Shown one piece after another: positions 44,731 through 53,935 of a DNA stretch of 57,993 bases; the first letter of the stretch is position 1; the number at the start of each line of letters is the position of its first letter. Origin of the DNA: an uncultured Gammaproteobacteria bacterium (GTDB lineage Bacteria > Patescibacteriota > Microgenomatia > Levybacterales > GWA1-39-11). The notes under the pieces were generated by a model. That model did no database searches. It was given only the letters and a program-made list of their open reading frames with translations, and was not told the origin of the DNA. The translations under genes and the position numbers were made by a program. Location of the stretch: positions 1 to 57,993 of the forward strand of contig CAYVKP010000005.1 of assembly GCA_964452165.1 (NCBI GenBank), written 5' to 3'.

Positions 44731-45686
44731 GGTATTATTCTATTTTTAGATAAATAATTTGATATATCCTCAGCAATTATACTCTGCCCCTTTTCGTTGG
44801 GGTGGGCATCGGCTTTAAAGACTCCTCCAAATTGATATATGTCTCTTAGAGTATCTACGAGGAAAGAATTTTTTCGAGCGTCGATGAGATTTTTAACCTG
44901 TTTCTTCTCCTCAACTGAGACAGTCCTGGGATCTAAAATAAATCCCAGTTTTCCCTTATATGTATTGTCTAAATTTTTAATTTCGGTTAGCTGATAATTG
45001 AAGATATTTGCATCTCCCAAGCTTTGTCTGACAGCATTTTTACCCATATCCCACTCTACAAAATATTTTGCTTCGCTCCACTCTTCCTTGAGTCTCCCGT
45101 TTTTCTCAGCTGCTGAAAGACGGGAGAAATATATGGGCATAGTCGCCTCCGTTATTTTTTTAAATTCCGTTTGATACCATAACACAAGGTCCGGATTATA
45201 TTTTACTCCCCTTATTCTGAATCTTTCCGCCTCGTAAACAGCATCGTAACCGGGCACTCCTAAATTTATGACCTCAACTTGACTGATGTTACTGCATTTC
45301 AAATTTTGATTCAGCCTGGTCTCAAGAAGTGCGGGCCAGATCTTGTCCGTATTAACATAGATTCCAGCGGTAAAAGAGTTTCCCAAAACAGCTATCCTAA
45401 ACGTTTTATCAGGTTTTTTAATTGAGAAATTCTTAACTGAATAAAGAGTATCCTGGTTTACCATATATTTTACGGGTCCTGGGCCGTCAAGCGGAACACT
45501 TTCTGAAATATTTATGCCGGGTTTAGGCTCGTAGTAATACTTAAACTTAGAGCTGTTGCCAAAAGTGTAATCCTTGGCCCAAAGGGGGTCAATAGATATG
45601 GAAGTCTTGTGATATATCTTGTATCCAATAACTGCCATAACAAAAAGTTCGAAGGCTACGAGGTATATAAATATTCGCTTTCTCAT
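44718..45686 (-). CDS. SGNH/GDSL-like membrane-anchored protein, paralog of 39684..40667
   Basis: IAVLGNSFTAG. C-terminal block HPNEKGQSIIAEDISNYLSKNRIIPC. Confidence 0.55.
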   Translation of the reverse strand: MRKRIFIYLVAFELFVMAVIGYKIYHKTSISIDPLWAKDYTFGNSSKFKYYYEPKPGINISESVPLDGPGPVKYMVNQDTLYSVKNFSIKKPDKTFRIAVLGNSFTAGIYVNTDKIWPALLETRLNQNLKCSNISQVEVINLGVPGYDAVYEAERFRIRGVKYNPDLVLWYQTEFKKITEATMPIYFSRLSAAEKNGRLKEEWSEAKYFVEWDMGKNAVRQSLGDANIFNYQLTEIKNLDNTYKGKLGFILDPRTVSVEEKKQVKNLIDARKNSFLVDTLRDIYQFGGVFKADAHPNEKGQSIIAEDISNYLSKNRIIPCTN

Positions 45687-45709
45687 GATATTATGTTAGC
45701 AAAATTACG

Positions 45710-46519
45710 ATGGATATTCTTTACGTTAAAATCGGTGGTTTCAACATCAAAATTACACTTACAAAAAGGCATGACGTTGAAGCGAATTTTGCATTTCTAC
45801 GTAACCGAGTTGAGATGGATCTACTGGTATATCTGCGAAGTTTTCTAGTTTTTGAAAAACCAAAAAGAATAGATTTTGAGATTGTTTTTGTGGACGAACC
45901 GGAAGTAAAACTTATAAGATTGCCAAAAACAAAGACGGAATACACCCCTCTTCTTGAACGAGTTTCAAATAAAAAAATTGTAACTTATTCACTAATCTCT
46001 TCATACCAGTTTGAAAGAATTTTAAAAAATGTAATATTTGATCTTTTGAAAACAAATGGCGGATTCGCCATACACGCATCAGCGGCCAGCGTTAAGGGAA
46101 AAGCCTATCTTTTTTTAGCAGAAAGTGGCGGCGGAAAATCAACGACAGTTGAATTACTAAATAACAAGTACCATATATTGAGCGATGACATAACTGCTAT
46201 TCGAAAGCTAAAATCGCGCTACTATGTATTTCAAACTCCTTTTGTAGAAAAAGCCTGGTGGATTAAGAAAAAACAAGATCTCTACGAAGTTGATAAGATC
46301 TTCTTCCTTAATAAATCTAAGGAATTTGATATTGTAAAAATTAATGATCAGGATAGAGCAAATGAGACTGTTCTTAATCAAATATATGCTGCTCAAGAAC
46401 CTGACGAGCGCACTCTTAAAAATGTGCTCGGATTTGTGAAGAAATTTAATAAATATCACGATCTTTATTTTGATAAGGATAGTAAGAAACTGGAGAAAGT
46501 AATTGAAAAATCAAAATGA
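45710..46519 (+). CDS. HPr-kinase-like (HprK-related) P-loop protein
   Basis: GGFAIHASAASVKGKAYLFLAESGGGKSTTV resembles the HprK C-terminal P-loop. Overlaps the PqqD-like gene by 4 nt. Confidence 0.55.
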   Translation: MDILYVKIGGFNIKITLTKRHDVEANFAFLRNRVEMDLLVYLRSFLVFEKPKRIDFEIVFVDEPEVKLIRLPKTKTEYTPLLERVSNKKIVTYSLISSYQFERILKNVIFDLLKTNGGFAIHASAASVKGKAYLFLAESGGGKSTTVELLNNKYHILSDDITAIRKLKSRYYVFQTPFVEKAWWIKKKQDLYEVDKIFFLNKSKEFDIVKINDQDRANETVLNQIYAAQEPDERTLKNVLGFVKKFNKYHDLYFDKDSKKLEKVIEKSK

Positions 46520-46767
46520 AGGTTAAAAAAGGCATTGTAACTCAAAAAAATGGTGCAAAGATTACGATTTTTGACGGTGAACATTCGGCGTTTTACAAGT
46601 TTAACGAAACCGCATCTTTGATTTTTGAAAAATTAAAGAAAGGATTAAGCAGGCAAGAAATCTTGGACATGATGGTTAACAAATACGATATTGCAAGAAA
46701 AACTGCTGAGAAAGACTTTGACCAACTCGTGAAAGAGATGAAATTACGTGGGATTATCTCAGATTAA
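46516..46767 (+). CDS. PqqD-family protein (candidate stand-alone RiPP recognition element)
   Basis: 83 aa. The FYKFNETASLIFEKLKKGLSRQEILDMMVNKYDI...DFDQLVKEMKLRGII pattern is typical of PqqD. Confidence 0.65.
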   Translation: MKVKKGIVTQKNGAKITIFDGEHSAFYKFNETASLIFEKLKKGLSRQEILDMMVNKYDIARKTAEKDFDQLVKEMKLRGIISD

Positions 46768-47975
46768 TTTTTTTTAATACTTCGGATAGTTACAAATACT
46801 ATTGCAGCCAGTACTTTTGGGTTCAAAAAGATAGTCATCTTACGCCAGAGAGGGCTTGGCGACAGAGAAAAAAGAAGCTCGAAGTGCTTACCTTTTTTTT
46901 CCGGATCATCGCTTCTGAAGATATCCAAACCCCTAAGGTAACTTTGAATTTGTTTAAGACTACTCTTCCCGGGTCTTATGCTTTCTATAAATTTACGATC
47001 AAAACTCAGGCTATAATATTTTTCCAAAATAAGGAAAACCGGATATACAAAATTTTTTAAATTGAACTCGGAAACGGTTTGCTCAACTTTTGCATAATCA
47101 ACGCCTCCAGCAATTATTTGGGCTATAAAGTCAAAGCGGTAGGTACCTTTGAAATGGTGTTTAAAAAGATGTAAACATAAAAAGATTAATAAATTTTCCT
47201 TGCTTGGAATGGCGAAATTCTCACCATTTACGTTGATCTCCACTCTCTCATTAAGGATCTTACGGGTAAGCCGGTCGACCAAATTGCCCGGATAGAGACT
47301 GTCCACGTTTCCCAGATGACTCATCAGAAAAGATGCCTGAGCGTGAATATCGAATATTATCAGGAAGCCTTTGAAGAATTTGTAGTAAGAAATCTCGGGA
47401 CTTTCCCTCACCTTTGTCCCGGTAACCGAAATCTCTTCTATCTGTTTGTAACCAAGTCGAGACATAATCCTGGCTACCTTGCTTAGGCTATTTTTATGAG
47501 TCAAGATATCGCAATCACGATAAACTCTACTGGGTTGTTTTCCGGCAAAATATAAATATAGAGGTAAGCCCTTTAAGAAAAGGTGGTTAATTTTCTGTCT
47601 TTCGAGCGCTTTTTTGACTTTTAGTATTTCTCCAAAATATAACGTTGACTGAATTAAATAAAAGCCTTCGATATCTATAATTTGCCCTTCTCTTTTTACT
47701 TTATAGACAGTTCCGATTACATTTCTTGGATAAATTTTTCCATCAGAGAAATAATTACTGTCGCCCCGAGTTATAAGGTATTTTTTTGTCTTGTAGATGA
47801 CTCTGTGGGTGAATACTCTCCTCTTTTTTTTAGCGCAAATAATATCGTTTACTTTAATACTGTCGAACTTTTTTTTCTTAAAATAAATTACATCCCCATC
47901 GGAAAAAAGAGGAGTCATGCTATTTCCGTATGTCTTGAGAACTGAAGTTTTTAATAGCCTGGACGTAACATTCAC
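46764..47975 (-). CDS. Fusion: S24/S26-type serine peptidase N-terminal domain plus an uncharacterised-nucleotidyltransferase-family domain
   Basis: YGNSMTPLFSDGDVIYFKK is a signal-peptidase/LexA-type GNSM block. The rest resembles the nucleotidyltransferase family found in lasso-type clusters (RDCDILTHKNSL..RLGY). Confidence 0.5.
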   Translation of the reverse strand: MNVTSRLLKTSVLKTYGNSMTPLFSDGDVIYFKKKKFDSIKVNDIICAKKKRRVFTHRVIYKTKKYLITRGDSNYFSDGKIYPRNVIGTVYKVKREGQIIDIEGFYLIQSTLYFGEILKVKKALERQKINHLFLKGLPLYLYFAGKQPSRVYRDCDILTHKNSLSKVARIMSRLGYKQIEEISVTGTKVRESPEISYYKFFKGFLIIFDIHAQASFLMSHLGNVDSLYPGNLVDRLTRKILNERVEINVNGENFAIPSKENLLIFLCLHLFKHHFKGTYRFDFIAQIIAGGVDYAKVEQTVSEFNLKNFVYPVFLILEKYYSLSFDRKFIESIRPGKSSLKQIQSYLRGLDIFRSDDPEKKGKHFELLFSLSPSPLWRKMTIFLNPKVLAAIVFVTIRSIKKN

Positions 47976-48007
47976 AGGGCTATTCTAACACAAAGTTTCG
48001 GAGAATC

Positions 48008-48187
48008 TTAAGTTGTGCAGCTATCGGAACTTGAGCAACCCGATCCGGTACATGATGTACAACTAGCCACAAAAGCGGGTGGTACAATTGCTAAACCGTC
48101 AAAAGAATCCATCATTCTCTTGTTTAAAAAGAAATTAATTTTTATTTTACTCACTTTAATCTCAGGCTTAACATATTTTTTTTTCAT
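48008..48187 (-). CDS. RiPP precursor peptide (59 aa) with a Cys/Ser/Thr-rich C-terminal core
   Basis: MKKKYVKPEIKVSKIKINFFLNKRMMDSFDGLAIVPPAFVASCTSCTGSGCSSSDSCTT. Lies directly downstream of the YcaO and SagB genes on the same strand. ATG at 48187 preferred over the TTG at 48202. Confidence 0.75.
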   Translation of the reverse strand: MKKKYVKPEIKVSKIKINFFLNKRMMDSFDGLAIVPPAFVASCTSCTGSGCSSSDSCTT

Positions 48188-48236
48188 ATTTTTTGAGTTC
48201 AAATCTATTTTATGATATGTAGAGTTTTTAAGTCAA

Positions 48237-49007
48237 TCACTTCTTTCTTTCACTCCTCTGCCCTACAGCAGCCAGATAAATTACTGTCTCCTCAGATGAA
48301 TTAACATCAATTAAACCGTTAACGTAATCATCTATATAATCGCCTATTGCGCACATCCCAAGATTGAGGGCCGATGCGAGTAGGTAAAAGTTTTGTGCAA
48401 GATGACCCGCCTCCTCAAGTATGAACCTATAGCCGCGTTCGCCGTATTTATTGGTATTTCTTTTAAAAATTGTTGTGATTATTATTAGACAAGCTGCTTG
48501 TCTGGCCCAGGGAAGAGATGTTATTTTTTTAACGGCTTCTTTGTCAAAATCAGCCAAATACTCTAGACTGTTATTCTTAACATAATAATGATATATTCCT
48601 TGAGTAAGCTTCGTATTCTGCGAGATCACGTAAACTTCCAGGGGGAATCTTGCTCCTCCTGAGGGGTAGAATCTCCTCTCCTTAAAATTATGTTTTGGAT
48701 TTATTCCGGCCGAATAATAAAGAAAACTGCTTAATTTTTTAAGATCAACTGGTTTTCTTGAAAACTTTCTTATCGACTCTCTGTTACCAAGAGCGTCTTT
48801 AATGGTCACATTTGGTAATTCCGGTTTTGGAAGTTTTATCTCGGGGAGTCTTGCATAGCCCTTGTAAAAAACCGTCTTCCATTCTTTCGGCCAAAAACGG
48901 CGATCCGCATTCTTATTTAATTTACTAAACTTAGTTTTAGGATGAAATTTCTCATAATCAAAGATGGGCTTTCCTAAAAGTTTCTCAAGATAATTATCGC
49001 GTTTCAT
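48237..49007 (-). CDS. SagB-type (nitroreductase-fold, FMN) azoline dehydrogenase
   Basis: RESIRKFSRKPV, then RFYPSGGARFPLEVYV, then GYRFILEEAGHLAQN. Overlaps the YcaO gene by 4 nt. Confidence 0.8.
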   Translation of the reverse strand: MKRDNYLEKLLGKPIFDYEKFHPKTKFSKLNKNADRRFWPKEWKTVFYKGYARLPEIKLPKPELPNVTIKDALGNRESIRKFSRKPVDLKKLSSFLYYSAGINPKHNFKERRFYPSGGARFPLEVYVISQNTKLTQGIYHYYVKNNSLEYLADFDKEAVKKITSLPWARQAACLIIITTIFKRNTNKYGERGYRFILEEAGHLAQNFYLLASALNLGMCAIGDYIDDYVNGLIDVNSSEETVIYLAAVGQRSERKK

Positions 49008-50263
49008 AAGAATGGGTGAGGAACAGGATTTACGTCTTGAAGTTTTTCACCAAAAAATGAGGCGACCTGTCTCAGTCTTTCCATGTTTAGAGACTTTTCT
49101 TTTTCACTTTCATACAAATATAGGGGCTCAAGATTTGGTATCAAAACCTTAACTGCAAAAAAATTAAACTTCTTCAGTTCATCAAGTGTTATGTCGATTG
49201 AGTAGACAGATCGATCGGTTTTTTTTAGTTTTTTTATTACTTCTGCGAGTTCTGTTTCAGTTGTGCCATTGAATGAGTCCAATTTAGCTGTAAAGTCTCC
49301 CGTGATCAAAAAGTTGATGTTCTCTATTGCGGGAGGCGCAATCCAAAGAGGTCCCCTTATCAGCGCGAAATTCTTGGGTTTGGGTTTATTTTCAAAGATG
49401 TCACCATTTTTTATCATATATTTCAAGACTATTCTCATCATAAAAGATTCGGTTATTGCACCTATAACAGCGTCTATTGCCCGCAGGCTGGTTTTAGCAC
49501 CAACTGAGACAGCGGGTCCTACTCCGGTCCTATCAATAACAACAGAGAGGAAAGACGGAACACCAATGTCTGTTGTTATATCAAGGACGTAGAGTTCAAG
49601 TTTATATCGTAAGCACTTATTGACGATTGCATTTATTGTTTTATTGTTAAGTTTATCGAGTCTAACCCTGGGGGGAGTAATACCTGCAAGATATATACTG
49701 GTGAATGAATCACGTTCAATAGCCTCGTAAATGGCGTTAAGTGTTGCGTGGTTGTGAGAAGAACCTCCCGCTGCCCCCGTACTATTTCTTGGATAATCAA
49801 GTGTTGGTTCGCCCTTAAAGAGTTTGTAACGCAAATAAATAAGCTGTGCCGGAAGCAGAACTTTTTTACCGTTCGTCAGATTCTGTCCCCAGACCCAACT
49901 CATTTTTTTATCTTTAATCTGATTGTCCTTTGAAAAATCCAGCAGGTTAATAAAATCTGAAGGATTTTTGGAAGATGGACGCTTCACGATTTGTTTTTTT
50001 TTGTAAAGTGCGAGAGAGAGTCTTTCCATGAGCTCAAATAAGCATTTTGAGAGTGCTGCTTCCGGTGAATCAAAGGAAAAGCCTCCACCTTCTGAGAATT
50101 TACCCCCCACATAACCCTTAAACTTTTTTTTGTCGGGCACAAGTCTTCCATCGAAGCGGAAAAATCCCGGCTCATCATAAAACTCTCCTCCTCGACGTAT
50201 ATCAACCTTTATTCCTTCTCTTGAGAGTTTGTTAATTAGAGATTTTATTTTAGAATAGTCCAT
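49004..50263 (-). CDS. YcaO-domain cyclodehydratase
   Basis: The LFELMERLSL and NSTGAAGGSSHNHATLNAIYEAIERDSF blocks are typical of YcaO. Confidence 0.8.
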   Translation of the reverse strand: MDYSKIKSLINKLSREGIKVDIRRGGEFYDEPGFFRFDGRLVPDKKKFKGYVGGKFSEGGGFSFDSPEAALSKCLFELMERLSLALYKKKQIVKRPSSKNPSDFINLLDFSKDNQIKDKKMSWVWGQNLTNGKKVLLPAQLIYLRYKLFKGEPTLDYPRNSTGAAGGSSHNHATLNAIYEAIERDSFTSIYLAGITPPRVRLDKLNNKTINAIVNKCLRYKLELYVLDITTDIGVPSFLSVVIDRTGVGPAVSVGAKTSLRAIDAVIGAITESFMMRIVLKYMIKNGDIFENKPKPKNFALIRGPLWIAPPAIENINFLITGDFTAKLDSFNGTTETELAEVIKKLKKTDRSVYSIDITLDELKKFNFFAVKVLIPNLEPLYLYESEKEKSLNMERLRQVASFFGEKLQDVNPVPHPFL

Positions 50264-50318
50264 GCAGATTGGTTAACTATATTACTATCCCAGACAGCAA
50301 AAGTAAACCGGGACTAGT

Positions 50319-52055
50319 TCAGTTTTCGCAGATATATTTTGGCAGCTTAATTGCATAGGATTTTGTATTTATTTTCGCATTATCCGGTGGAGGTATTTTT
50401 TTGTATATAATTCTTGCCTCAATGGTTTTAATTTTTTTGCTTCCATTGTGGTTGCCATTCCAAGTTTGACACAGGAAATAGGCGTAACCTCTTTGGACAT
50501 TAAATCTTTGTTGGGGACCAAAACTTAAGAAGAAATTTGCCCTGAGATAATTTCTCTGCATATAAGATGGGGTCGCGAGTACGTTTATTTTTGTTCCATC
50601 ATCAAACTCACCCTGAGCTTCATAAGACCAATTATATACCGGTGGAGCCGGAGCAAACATAGTCCATTTCTGGTTAACACCCAATGCGTATGTCAGAGTA
50701 AGGGGTGGCTTGTAACCAAAGTTTACACTATTAAGATTAACTAAGAAAATATATATGATAAAAAATAAAGCGATTAGGTTGAGTGGCCACGAAAAATCTA
50801 TCAACGTGTTTCTCTTGTTTTCATCTTGAGGAATAGAACAAATAGAATGCCTTCTCTTGGAAATAAAATTGTAAAATAGGTCGCCAAACTTAAATATTCC
50901 TGGAATGAAAGTGACCGGAAGAAAAATGAAAAGCATTGGCGAGGCTTTAAAAATGGGCACGAGTGCAGCAGAACGGAGAAATCGTCTACCCTTCCCGTCT
51001 TCTACGATCCAGGATTGTTCTTTATCCATAAGTTTTGAAAGTTTTGGGTCTTTCTGAGCCGGAATTATCTGGGCAGAGGGAAGGAGAAAGAATGTTTTAA
51101 GAACCCGGCACACCCAATGACATAATCCGCAGTCATGGTCGTAATATATTTTTAACTTAGGAACCTTATTTTCCAGAAAGTTGAATAAACGATCCCAAAA
51201 TAAGGTGGGGAGCAACCCAAAAAGTGAGACTATATCAATAAAAGGGAATATACCAAGTGCCATAGCTGCCTTAAAACCGAGATGCATGCCAGTCAAGAGA
51301 AATATAGCTAAAAGTCTTAGGTATGGAGTGTAAAAAGGGCTCAAAATAAGGAAGGGAGCTAAAATCTCAAGAAGACGAGTTGAATAGGTAATAAGAGACA
51401 GAACGTTTAGTGGTAAGTAGGCCAAGATACCTGCAAAGGGGGTTGCTAGAAGTTGAAAATGTACAGCGTAGTAAACTGCGCTATAGTCTTTATTCCACGC
51501 CGCACCAGTCTTAAGCATTGCGGCGAAAAAGTAGATAAAACAGATTTGCAGAATATATCCTGCAATCCCCAGGGAAAAAACTCTGTTTGGAAGACTTTTC
51601 AAACGAATACTATTCATGCTATCCAAAGAAAACCTTGCATTCCAGGGAACAAACATTCCCCAGAATAATAAAAGTCTCAATATATAATCTCCTCCCAAAA
51701 GAACCACTAAATTACGGTTTTGCAGTGAAAGAAGAAGAAGGAAAGATACAATTGTGACCAGCTTTGTTTTATACCCCACGAGAAGAAGGAGCGCAAAAAA
51801 AGCGGCGACACCAAAAAGAAACGCTTCAAATTGCCAAGATCCACTTAAGGCATGAAGTGATATTGGATGCCAACCGTATGAGGCAAAGATATATTTTCTA
51901 GGTAGGAATCCTTGATCCGTATAAAACTCCACAATAGATGTAGCGCGAAGCCCAAGGTCTGCCAAAATAAGGAGAGCCACGCCTACCCTCATTATCGCCA
52001 GAGACCTGAGATCTGTTGAGAACATATCTTTAAGCTTAGCCTTCAATAAACTCAT
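50319..52055 (-). CDS. Fusion: HTTM (vitamin-K-carboxylase-like) polytopic domain plus a DCC-type thiol-disulfide oxidoreductase motif
   Basis: The N-terminal DLRSLAIMRVGVALLILADL and following TM helices are HTTM-like. YYDHDCGLCHWVCRVL is a DCC (DUF393)-type CxxC motif at about aa 305. Confidence 0.6.
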   Translation of the reverse strand: MSLLKAKLKDMFSTDLRSLAIMRVGVALLILADLGLRATSIVEFYTDQGFLPRKYIFASYGWHPISLHALSGSWQFEAFLFGVAAFFALLLLVGYKTKLVTIVSFLLLLSLQNRNLVVLLGGDYILRLLLFWGMFVPWNARFSLDSMNSIRLKSLPNRVFSLGIAGYILQICFIYFFAAMLKTGAAWNKDYSAVYYAVHFQLLATPFAGILAYLPLNVLSLITYSTRLLEILAPFLILSPFYTPYLRLLAIFLLTGMHLGFKAAMALGIFPFIDIVSLFGLLPTLFWDRLFNFLENKVPKLKIYYDHDCGLCHWVCRVLKTFFLLPSAQIIPAQKDPKLSKLMDKEQSWIVEDGKGRRFLRSAALVPIFKASPMLFIFLPVTFIPGIFKFGDLFYNFISKRRHSICSIPQDENKRNTLIDFSWPLNLIALFFIIYIFLVNLNSVNFGYKPPLTLTYALGVNQKWTMFAPAPPVYNWSYEAQGEFDDGTKINVLATPSYMQRNYLRANFFLSFGPQQRFNVQRGYAYFLCQTWNGNHNGSKKIKTIEARIIYKKIPPPDNAKINTKSYAIKLPKYICEN

Positions 52056-52120
52056 TTATAAATTAGTATAACCAAAACCCACGCATTCATGGTAATTAAA
52101 GTGATAAAATCTACCAGCGA

Positions 52121-53935
52121 ATGGAAAAAATCATAGAAAAAATTAGAGATACAAGAGAGACTATCGGGGTTGCAAAAAGACTCCTTGCGCTTGTCTGGCA
52201 ATACGATAAAAGGGTTTTCTTATTGCATGCTGTTGCAATTGCCGCTCCCGCAGTCATCCCCTTCATCAATGCCTACATTTATAAGCTAATAATCGATTTG
52301 ATTGTCCATGCTGCAACAACTCACGCGTTCAATTATCATGCGCTGTATATTCTTCTTGCCGCAAGATTTATTACTCTTCTTGTCCAATACTCCGCTTTCT
52401 CGCTTCAATCTTTTACCGAACTTCTTATTTGGTCCAGAATTCCAATTTTTCTTTACCAATTAGTGCTCAACAAGCTTGCAAATCTTGACGTTGAGTATTT
52501 TGAAAACAGCGCGTTCCGGGACAACCTGCAGAAGGTAAAGGAGAGCTATGTTTGGATGCCGCTTAATATGTTCTCTGCTCTTTTCTACACTTTTCAGAGC
52601 TTACTTCAGATGACCGTTGCTTTTGTTGCCATTGCAACGCTTAATCTTGGACTTGCGGTTGGAATAATTGTTGCCGCTCTTCCCTCTTTTATCAACCAGG
52701 TTTACTATTCAAAAACCTTGTGGGGGGTTTGGAGCGAACATTCACCGGATCGTAAAAAATTCTGGTATCTATCGGAGCTAATTCAAGACAGAAATGGAAT
52801 AAAGGAGACTAAAATTTTTGGAACTGCCAAAAAATTCCTCTCAGAAATTGTTGGCATTCAGAAAAAACTTGCAAATGAAAATCTACTAGTTGGGAGAAAG
52901 AGGCTTAGAAATTCCGTGCTACTCAACTTTGTAGCAACTTTTATCTATATCTTTATTGAGGGATTTGTTGCGTTTTTGACTATTGCTGGAAGAATTACTC
53001 TTGGAAGTCTTTCCTACTTCACCTTCGTTATATGGAATTTTGAAAACGGAGTTTCAGGATTCTTTAACAATGTCTCAAGAGTATTTGACCAAAGCCTTTA
53101 TGTAAAAGATATTTTTACAGTTCTTGATATGCCAGCCAAAATCCAATTACCCAAAAGTGGTATCAAAATCAAAGCGAGTAAGCCACCAAAGATTGAATTT
53201 GTGGGTGTTACATTTGCTTATCCAGGTGCCTCCTCTCCTACTCTCCGAGACTTTTCATTAACCATAGAACCGGGTGAAAAAATTGCATTTGTTGGAGAAA
53301 ACGGCGCCGGAAAAACAACGATAATAAAACTTTTAGCTCGTTTTTATGATGTTACGGAAGGACAAATTTTAGTCAATGGAAATGATATTCGGCAGCTTGA
53401 TCTTGTCTCTTGGCACCAATCATTGGGCGTAATCTTCCAAGACTTTTTAAAGTACGAATATACGCTGGCTGAAAATATTCATTTTGGAAAAGTTTATGAA
53501 GACTTCAATCTATCAAAAATCAAAGAGGCCGCCGGATTTGCCGGTGTTGATAAATTTGCGAATGACTTTCCGCAAGGCTATCAACAAATGCTGGGACTTA
53601 CTTTTGAAGGAGGGCGGGAATTGTCTTTGGGCCAGTGGCAAAAAGTAGCTTTGGCAAGAGCTTTCCTGCGGGACGCACCAGTTTTAGTTTTGGACGAACC
53701 AACCGCATCAATTGACGCAAAAGCTGAGAAAGAAATATTTGATAAGGTTGAAAAGCTTGGACGCGACAAAACCGTTATCATCATCTCCCACCGCTTCTCA
53801 ACGGTCAGGAATGCGGACAAAATCTATGTGATTGATCAAGGAAAAGTTGTTGAATCAGGAAGTCACAAATCATTACTTACCGAAAAGGGAATCTACGCAA
53901 AGTTATTCAACTTGCAAGCCGAAAGATACAAATAA
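52121..53935 (+). CDS. ABC exporter, fused permease and ATPase (MsbA/ABCB-like)
   Basis: Six TM helices. Walker A GENGAGKTT. Signature LSLGQWQ. Walker B VLVLDEPT. Confidence 0.9.
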   Translation: MEKIIEKIRDTRETIGVAKRLLALVWQYDKRVFLLHAVAIAAPAVIPFINAYIYKLIIDLIVHAATTHAFNYHALYILLAARFITLLVQYSAFSLQSFTELLIWSRIPIFLYQLVLNKLANLDVEYFENSAFRDNLQKVKESYVWMPLNMFSALFYTFQSLLQMTVAFVAIATLNLGLAVGIIVAALPSFINQVYYSKTLWGVWSEHSPDRKKFWYLSELIQDRNGIKETKIFGTAKKFLSEIVGIQKKLANENLLVGRKRLRNSVLLNFVATFIYIFIEGFVAFLTIAGRITLGSLSYFTFVIWNFENGVSGFFNNVSRVFDQSLYVKDIFTVLDMPAKIQLPKSGIKIKASKPPKIEFVGVTFAYPGASSPTLRDFSLTIEPGEKIAFVGENGAGKTTIIKLLARFYDVTEGQILVNGNDIRQLDLVSWHQSLGVIFQDFLKYEYTLAENIHFGKVYEDFNLSKIKEAAGFAGVDKFANDFPQGYQQMLGLTFEGGRELSLGQWQKVALARAFLRDAPVLVLDEPTASIDAKAEKEIFDKVEKLGRDKTVIIISHRFSTVRNADKIYVIDQGKVVESGSHKSLLTEKGIYAKLFNLQAERYK

